Below the pieces are notes generated by a model. It ran no database searches. It saw only the letters and a program-made list of their open reading frames with translations, and was not told where the DNA came from. The position numbers and the translations under genes are program-made. This document shows positions 38,667-44,368 of a stretch of DNA of 44,368 bases, in pieces. This stretch comes from Welwitschia mirabilis (taxonomy: Eukaryota), in the NCBI GenBank assembly GCA_051453625.1, contig JBOZIK010000001.1, positions 1,032,199 to 1,076,566 on the forward strand, written 5' to 3'. The stretch's first letter is position 1. Each line of letters starts with the position of its first letter.

Positions 38667-39050
38667 TATTGGATACAACACAAAACATGAAATAATAAGT
38701 TCTAACTGATACGTTTTCTAACTAATATATTTTGCCATTATGAAATAAACTTTTAACTATTAAACTAATAAAAAATGATCTAAACTAATTATTTAATTAA
38801 TAAATTATATAGGCTAATTACCTCTAATGAAACCTTGTAACTATTTATAAACTATTCCATGAAGAGCTATATTTCTTTATGAAGTATGTAATTTATATCA
38901 TGCCACATCAATCATGTGTAATTTTGTTACAATTTTAATTATCTAAATTTATTTTGTTAACAATAAACATATTTTTTATTTTTCAATTTCTATGTACTCC
39001 TAGTTTTTTGTTGTCTCATTAATATTTCATATTCTTTATTTTGCTTCATT
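38667..39050 (+). repeat. Probable 3' LTR of the outer Copia (right end uncertain)
   Basis: Starts TATTGGA (decayed TGTTGG) right after the PPT; TATTTATAAA ~38842 and AATAAA ~38962. No partner LTR in the window. Confidence 0.55.
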
Positions 39051-42000
39051 AAAAAACTATTAATAATTGCATTATCATATTATAATATATGGTAAATATT
39101 AGTCTAATAGCCAAAGTACCACACTAGATCTAAGAAGACTGAGGATCAAATATTTAAATCCTATAGCCGAAGGAAATGCATTAATGACTACATGTTTAAC
39201 CTAAATATACTACATATGTACAAATGTAATTCACAACCTTATGCAAGACCATAAAATCAAATCCTATATTAATGGTTAATCATCTCATTTTAGAACCTAA
39301 TCTAACTTTTGATCATTCCATATTTTCTCCAAACTCTATTATTCTAGATCTAGATTCCCTATGGGTATGATGAGGTCTTATCTCATCTTGAGATTTTAAG
39401 CCTTGATCCTCCCTTCCTAGGTATGCAAGAATGATTATTTCATGAGGCATTTACCTTTTGGAATTTAGATCTTTATTTTTGTATAGAACTAATATTTGTT
39501 GTAGAGTTTTCATCATTAGTTATACACTTCGATACATCATTAGACTTATTCTTTATTCCATCGTTGATATAATTATGATTATTAGTTATATCATTCATGT
39601 ATGTTAAATGATATTTCATATTTATAATTTTGATCTATTTCTTTTATTTATTATTAGGAGCTAGGTGATTAATGTATTGGTGTCTATGACAAATTTCATG
39701 TTATCCTAGTATTTTCTACATTTCATTGTAAGATGTAACATTTTCAAACTCATTGCTTTTGTAACATTCAAGACCTATAGTGAATAATTTATTGCTTATC
39801 TTTAAATATATTTTATATTTAATGTAATTTATTTAGCTTATCTTAGATTTTCTTGGTCGTTTATCTTGTGAGCAATAATTCTTGATTCATAGGAGGAGAA
39901 TTTCTTTAATGTCTTAATTCCTTTCTAAAATCCTTCTATTTAAACCTAGATCAAACCTTATCTTACATGTACTAAAATTTCAAAAGCTCTAAACATTTCT
40001 TGTAGTTCCTACAAGAGAGTTATAATTAGGGTTACTTATACCTTGACACTAAGGAAAAACCATAAAAGATTATGAATTATAGTACAACAATTCAAGGTGT
40101 AGCAGGAGTGATTGGGCATCACTAGTTTTATGTTTATCAAAGGCATAAGTGAAACAAATAGAGCCTCTATTAGGTTTATGTTGTTGATTGTTTTTATGTT
40201 ATTCTAAATGTTTGACAAAGGTATTAATATGTTTTCTTTTTTTTTAGCTTATATTAAATAAATTGTTATGTTTATAGATACCTCAACCTATAACTCTATT
40301 AAATGTTAGGCTTACTTAAATATGTATTTAGCTCTAAATGGCCTCTCTAAATTTTTAGAATACTTAATTAAGTTCTCTAATGTATATAGAGTTTATTTAA
40401 TCTATTTAGATGTAAATGATTCTTCACTAATTATTTCAAAAATATACCTGCTTTATGTGTTAAACCTTCATAAAAAGAGCTCAAACTTTTTCATTAGTTA
40501 GAGCCATCTTAAGTGCATTTAATCAACAAATCCTTAAATGTGTAAAAGTAATATAGAAAGAATCATTATTATGTTATGTGAAATCTATAATCTTACATCT
40601 GAAATCATTTTTTTTTTGTTCTAGAAAGTTGTTGATTTTTCTTTTTCTTTTAAGGTAGAGGAGAAAAACTATATCCTAGATCTCATCATATTAATTATAC
40701 AATTATGAAATGATCGATATAATAGATTTTAAATCATGAAAATGATTATAAGATCCTTTAAAAGTAATTTCATGAAGGCAAGACATTAAGAAAAATATGT
40801 TTGATTTTGGCGTGATTTGCATAAGAAGGGAAGGTCATACAAGAGGGATTAACTGAGAATGCTTCTTGCCATTGACTTTTAAGTTTTTCTTTAAGGTAGT
40901 GGAATAGATACTATCTCTATCTCCATTTAACATTGTTATATCAATTAAAGAAATGTAGTGATAATTATGATCTCAAGATTTTGATGTTGCTGTTTCAATA
41001 GTACGAAAAGAAGACTTGAAGTAATTATTCAAGGCTAATTTTTACAAAAATTAATTAAAATTCACGTCGTAGCAAACTCTTGGAATTGTTCAATTCATAG
41101 GAATAAATCAAGGTAGAAGCAAAATAGAAACAACAAAAAATTTTTCTAAACTTGAAAGGTATTCAAAATGAAATGTAAGTCAAGATTATGATAAGAGAAC
41201 TTCTAATTGAATAAGTATGGAAGTAACTAACTTCAAAGGTCTAACTTGAATTTTATAATAGCAAAGTTTTTAATTCAACAATATATTACAAATTCTTAAT
41301 TAGACCTTAAAACTGTCAAGTCATTATGACTTGGATCTTGGTGATATAATCTCATTCATGACATGAGTAGTGATGAATCTCTTAGTCACTTTGGTCCTTT
41401 ACAGTCTAATGTAAGCATGGAAAGCAAGGAAAAAAAAATGCCTAAAGACTATTAAGCAAGATGAACTATAAACCAAGAAGTGAATAAAAAAAAACTCACT
41501 TAGAAAATTAAGATACTTAACGAACATATAGTTTTGTTTAAGCATTAAAAGTATAATGTTAACTACAACTCAAAATCAAGAATGAAGATCTACATATATT
41601 TCATTAATAATCAGGAATTGTATTACATCAGAGAAAGAAAACTTAAATTAATATGGAACCATCAAGCTAGCCCACTTCCAAAGGGGGAGCTCAGAAAGAC
41701 ATAGTGAAGGTTTTATGCTCTAAGAGATAAAATGCTTTTGCCATCCAAAATATTGTTATAGTTAGGGTACTTGACTCTTTTATAGGCAAAAGTAGGGTTA
41801 GGATTTCTCAGTTATGATTTCCATATGGTTTTATAAGTGAGAATTTGAAACTTTTATAGTCATGCATTTTGACTAGAGTTTTATGCCATAACTGCTTAAC
41901 TGGAAATCACTTTCCCAAAATGACTTTAGAATGTAACATTAATGATGTTTTGCTCTAAGAAAGTAACAGCACTAGTGACCTAGATAACAATGCTGATGTT

Positions 42001-42753
42001 TTTAGTAGGCGTACTTCCATATTTTGACACGTATTCCAGAATGCAATATAATGCTTGAAATTTCCATGGGGAACACATAAATTCACAAATGATGTTAAAA
42101 ATGATAAAAGACATATTATTATAATCAAATAGTTAATTTAATATCTTCATTTAATCTAAATTGGCCTGATATACTTGGTTTGAGTGTCAATTTTTACATG
42201 TTATCATGTAATTCTTGTTAAAATCATTAAAGAGGGTTTAATGCAAAGGTTCTTCTTCATCAGATATTTTCTAAAGTTAGGTATTATTAACTCCTGGATT
42301 TTGGTCATAAGTGCTGATGCATTTTGGCGATGAACTTATTAGTTCATTTACTAGTTTGGGTAGATGGTCGCCTATGGCTTTATTCCTAGGGTACAAGGAA
42401 ACCCAAGAATACTTTTAGTTGGCTAAGAGTAAATGAAAGGAATGTGGCTGAAGATAAGAAGCGGTTTCAAAAAAGAGGTTGTAAAAGAAGTTTTTTTTTT
42501 TTTTTTTTTTTCCCTTTTAAAGATCATAATAGAAGTGGCAAAGTGGGAAAGGATTATGTAGGGTCTAGGAATACTAGAGTAAAGGTCTTGACAAAAAGGA
42601 AGGAAAATGGGATAATAAAGATAGGTAAAATGTTAACGAATAAATTACAGGGATAGACTACAAAAAAATAGTAAGGACTAGATTAGAGAGAATTGTCACC
42701 TAGGCTATCATAAGCAAAGCATAGGGAATGATAACCACACTTTCTTTTTTTAA

Positions 42754-43230
42754 GCGCCAAATAGACCTGGACGCTACTCCATCCTATGTGCCTTCTGGCG
42801 CGGTAATGGATAAGCCGGTTTGCCCCAGAGCCTCGCCACCTGCAGCGCCCTCTGATTTTCCTCGCTCTGCCCTGCCAGTGTGGCTGACCACATCTTTAAT
42901 TCGATGCAGCTGGTAAACTTGTGGTGGTTGCAGGCAGCGCGCTAAAGAACTGACCAACGTCGACGCTGCTGCATTCCCCTCCTGCCAGCTTTGACCGCGA
43001 CCTTGTTTTGACGCTGCCCTGCATTTTCTCCTGTGTGGATGCTGCCTTCGTTGCTTTCCCTCCATTGGCGCCCTAATCACCAGTTTAGCTGCTCCTCTCC
43101 CACCATCGCAGTTGGCGCGTTGCAGCTATTGACTACCGCTGCACTGCATTGATGGCGTGAACGTCGACTGCATGGACGGCTGGAGGGCCTCTGCCTTTGA
43201 AGATGGTGCTGAGAGGAGGGCCATTATTGC
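42754..43230. promoter_or_regulatory. GC/CpG-rich island, probable unmethylated promoter or 5' region
   Basis: Abrupt appearance of many CpGs (GGCGCGG, AGCGCGCT, ACGTCGAC twice) after >40 kb nearly devoid of them; lies upstream of a host gene remnant. Confidence 0.65.
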
Positions 43231-43761
43231 AGAGAACACCCTCTACACTGAGAAACCGAATTATGAGGTGCTCTTGAACGCTCTTGACCATCCCGTGGAA
43301 AGTGGCCTTGTGAAGTATAAAGATGGAACGATTGTGGGTGAAGGGGAAACTAAATGACTAGGAATTCGAGGATTTTGACAGATGCATCCATATTGCAAAT
43401 TTAACTAATGACTGTCAAAATCGCTGCAAAGAATATCAGATTTCATGTCGTCAGCATGATCTGTACAGGATGCTTCTGCTGATCCCCTGCTTTTCTGAAT
43501 TTTCCTCCATATCATAGCCTAAATTACTGACACGCTCATCGAAGTTCTCTGTCTGATTATCAACAGGTTCATGGTTCTGGAATAATAAAAGTACTTGTTG
43601 GATTTGCAGAGTGTTGTTTTGAAGTGCGTTCCCTCCTTTTTGTTTATATAGCTTTTATGTTTGTTGGTCCCATTTATATTGCAATGGAATGCCGGCCTTT
43701 AAATTTGGATTTAAGATTCCAAACTAAAAGCCCAGAAATGTTGTTTCTAACTTTCTATGAC

Positions 43762-43932
43762 GTATGTTCGGGTTTCCAGATCTGTTTCTGACTTTTCGGT
43801 ATTTTAAGCTTTAGATCATATACTGGATGCAGGCATCATATTTGTATGCATCATACCTTATTTTTCTTATAATTAACAAGACTTTTTTTTGCTTTGTAAT
43901 CTCTTGAAAACAATGTTTCAATTGCATTTTAG
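43762..43932 (+). other. Probable 5'-UTR intron of the PMT pseudogene
   Basis: Donor-like GTATGT at 43762, T-rich body, acceptor TTTTAG ending 43932, 6 nt before the ATG. The donor choice is uncertain. Confidence 0.5.
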
Positions 43933-43938
43933 ACAACC

Positions 43939-44275
43939 ATGGAGAAAGATTACAGTAGAGGATAACCCAAGATTCATCAACAAGAATTCAAGAAAAGGCG
44001 TCTTTCATGGATCATCTGTGTCATAGGCCTCTGTGTCACCTCATACATTTTGGGTTCTTGAAAACACACCACAGAGTCGATGATGGGTTCAGGCTTGATC
44101 GGAACTAATGCTGCATGCAAACCAGTGCCATATTCATCCTCATCTTCATTTTCATCTTCCATTTCTTTGGACTTTGTAGCTCGTCATTCTTCTGCAATCA
44201 ATAAAACCAGCAATGATAAGCTTGTGTTCGAAGAGTTGCATCCTTAAACATAGTGAATATACTCCCTATCAAGAT
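43939..44275 (+). pseudogene. PMT17: Pseudogene of a probable methyltransferase PMT17/PMT18-like (Methyltransf_29/DUF248 family, type II Golgi membrane protein), N-terminal part
   Basis: MEKDYSRG*PKIHQQEFKKRRLSWIICVIGLCVTSYILGS*K..C..SSSSSFSSSISLDFVARH..F/KSCILKHSEYTPYQD matches the family pattern MAKEYSGSPK.HQ.E.KRKRL.WI.GV.GLC..FY.LGAWQ..LDF..HH..F..C....SEYTPC.D. Stops at 43963 (TAA) and 44059 (TGA for Trp), and a +1 frameshift at ~44230. Confidence 0.88.
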
Positions 44276-44368
44276 TGTTGGGTATGTGGTCCTCATGCCC
44301 AGTTCGACAACTGAGAAATTATAAAGGGTTCCAGTTTCCAACTAAGTCATGGCTTTTGGTGTGATGGT
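44276..44368. mobile_element. Probable start of an LTR/TRIM-type insertion interrupting the PMT pseudogene
   Basis: PMT homology stops exactly at TGTTGGG, a canonical LTR terminus rather than a GT donor. A TATAAA motif follows at ~44320. Runs off the window. Confidence 0.45.

Noticed and set aside
41317..41333. Hairpin CAAGTCA-TTA-TGACTTG
   Set aside because: A single 7-bp stem is expected by chance in 44 kb of AT-rich DNA and has no supporting context.
42728..43080. ORFs 42728-42916 (+) and 42784-43080 (-)
   Set aside because: No recognisable domain; open frames of this length are expected by chance in GC-rich DNA.
43977..44162. Minus-strand 61-aa acidic ORF
   Set aside because: Antisense shadow of the Ser-rich stem region of the PMT pseudogene.

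Overview
Very AT-rich, CpG-depleted plant (seed-plant-like) nuclear DNA from a gapped short-read assembly. About 39 of the 44 kb is a nest of ancient, decayed retrotransposons, and none keeps an intact ORF. An old Ty1/Copia element (~16209-39050) is split inside its integrase by a Sirevirus-like Copia (17676-36584). That element's 3' LTR is split by a ~4-kb Gypsy-type solo LTR (25503-35133), which is itself split by a 5'-truncated L1-like LINE (28583-34185). To the left lie a minus-strand Ogre/Tat-type Gypsy remnant (~13263-16208) and a chromodomain-bearing Tekay/Del Gypsy (<1-13262). At ~42754 the sequence switches abruptly to GC/CpG-rich DNA, leading into a pseudogene of the PMT17/PMT18-like Golgi SAM-dependent methyltransferase family (43939-44275), which is cut by a probable LTR insertion. 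I found no prokaryote-type system, RNA gene or CRISPR array, and no convincing new protein-coding system. The most notable signals are the reconstructable four-level nesting, an array of decayed AGACGTCT palindromes in the Sirevirus LTRs, and very heavy all-context C>T/G>A erosion that stops sharply at the gene-proximal island. All identifications are by eye from motifs; no database searches were run.
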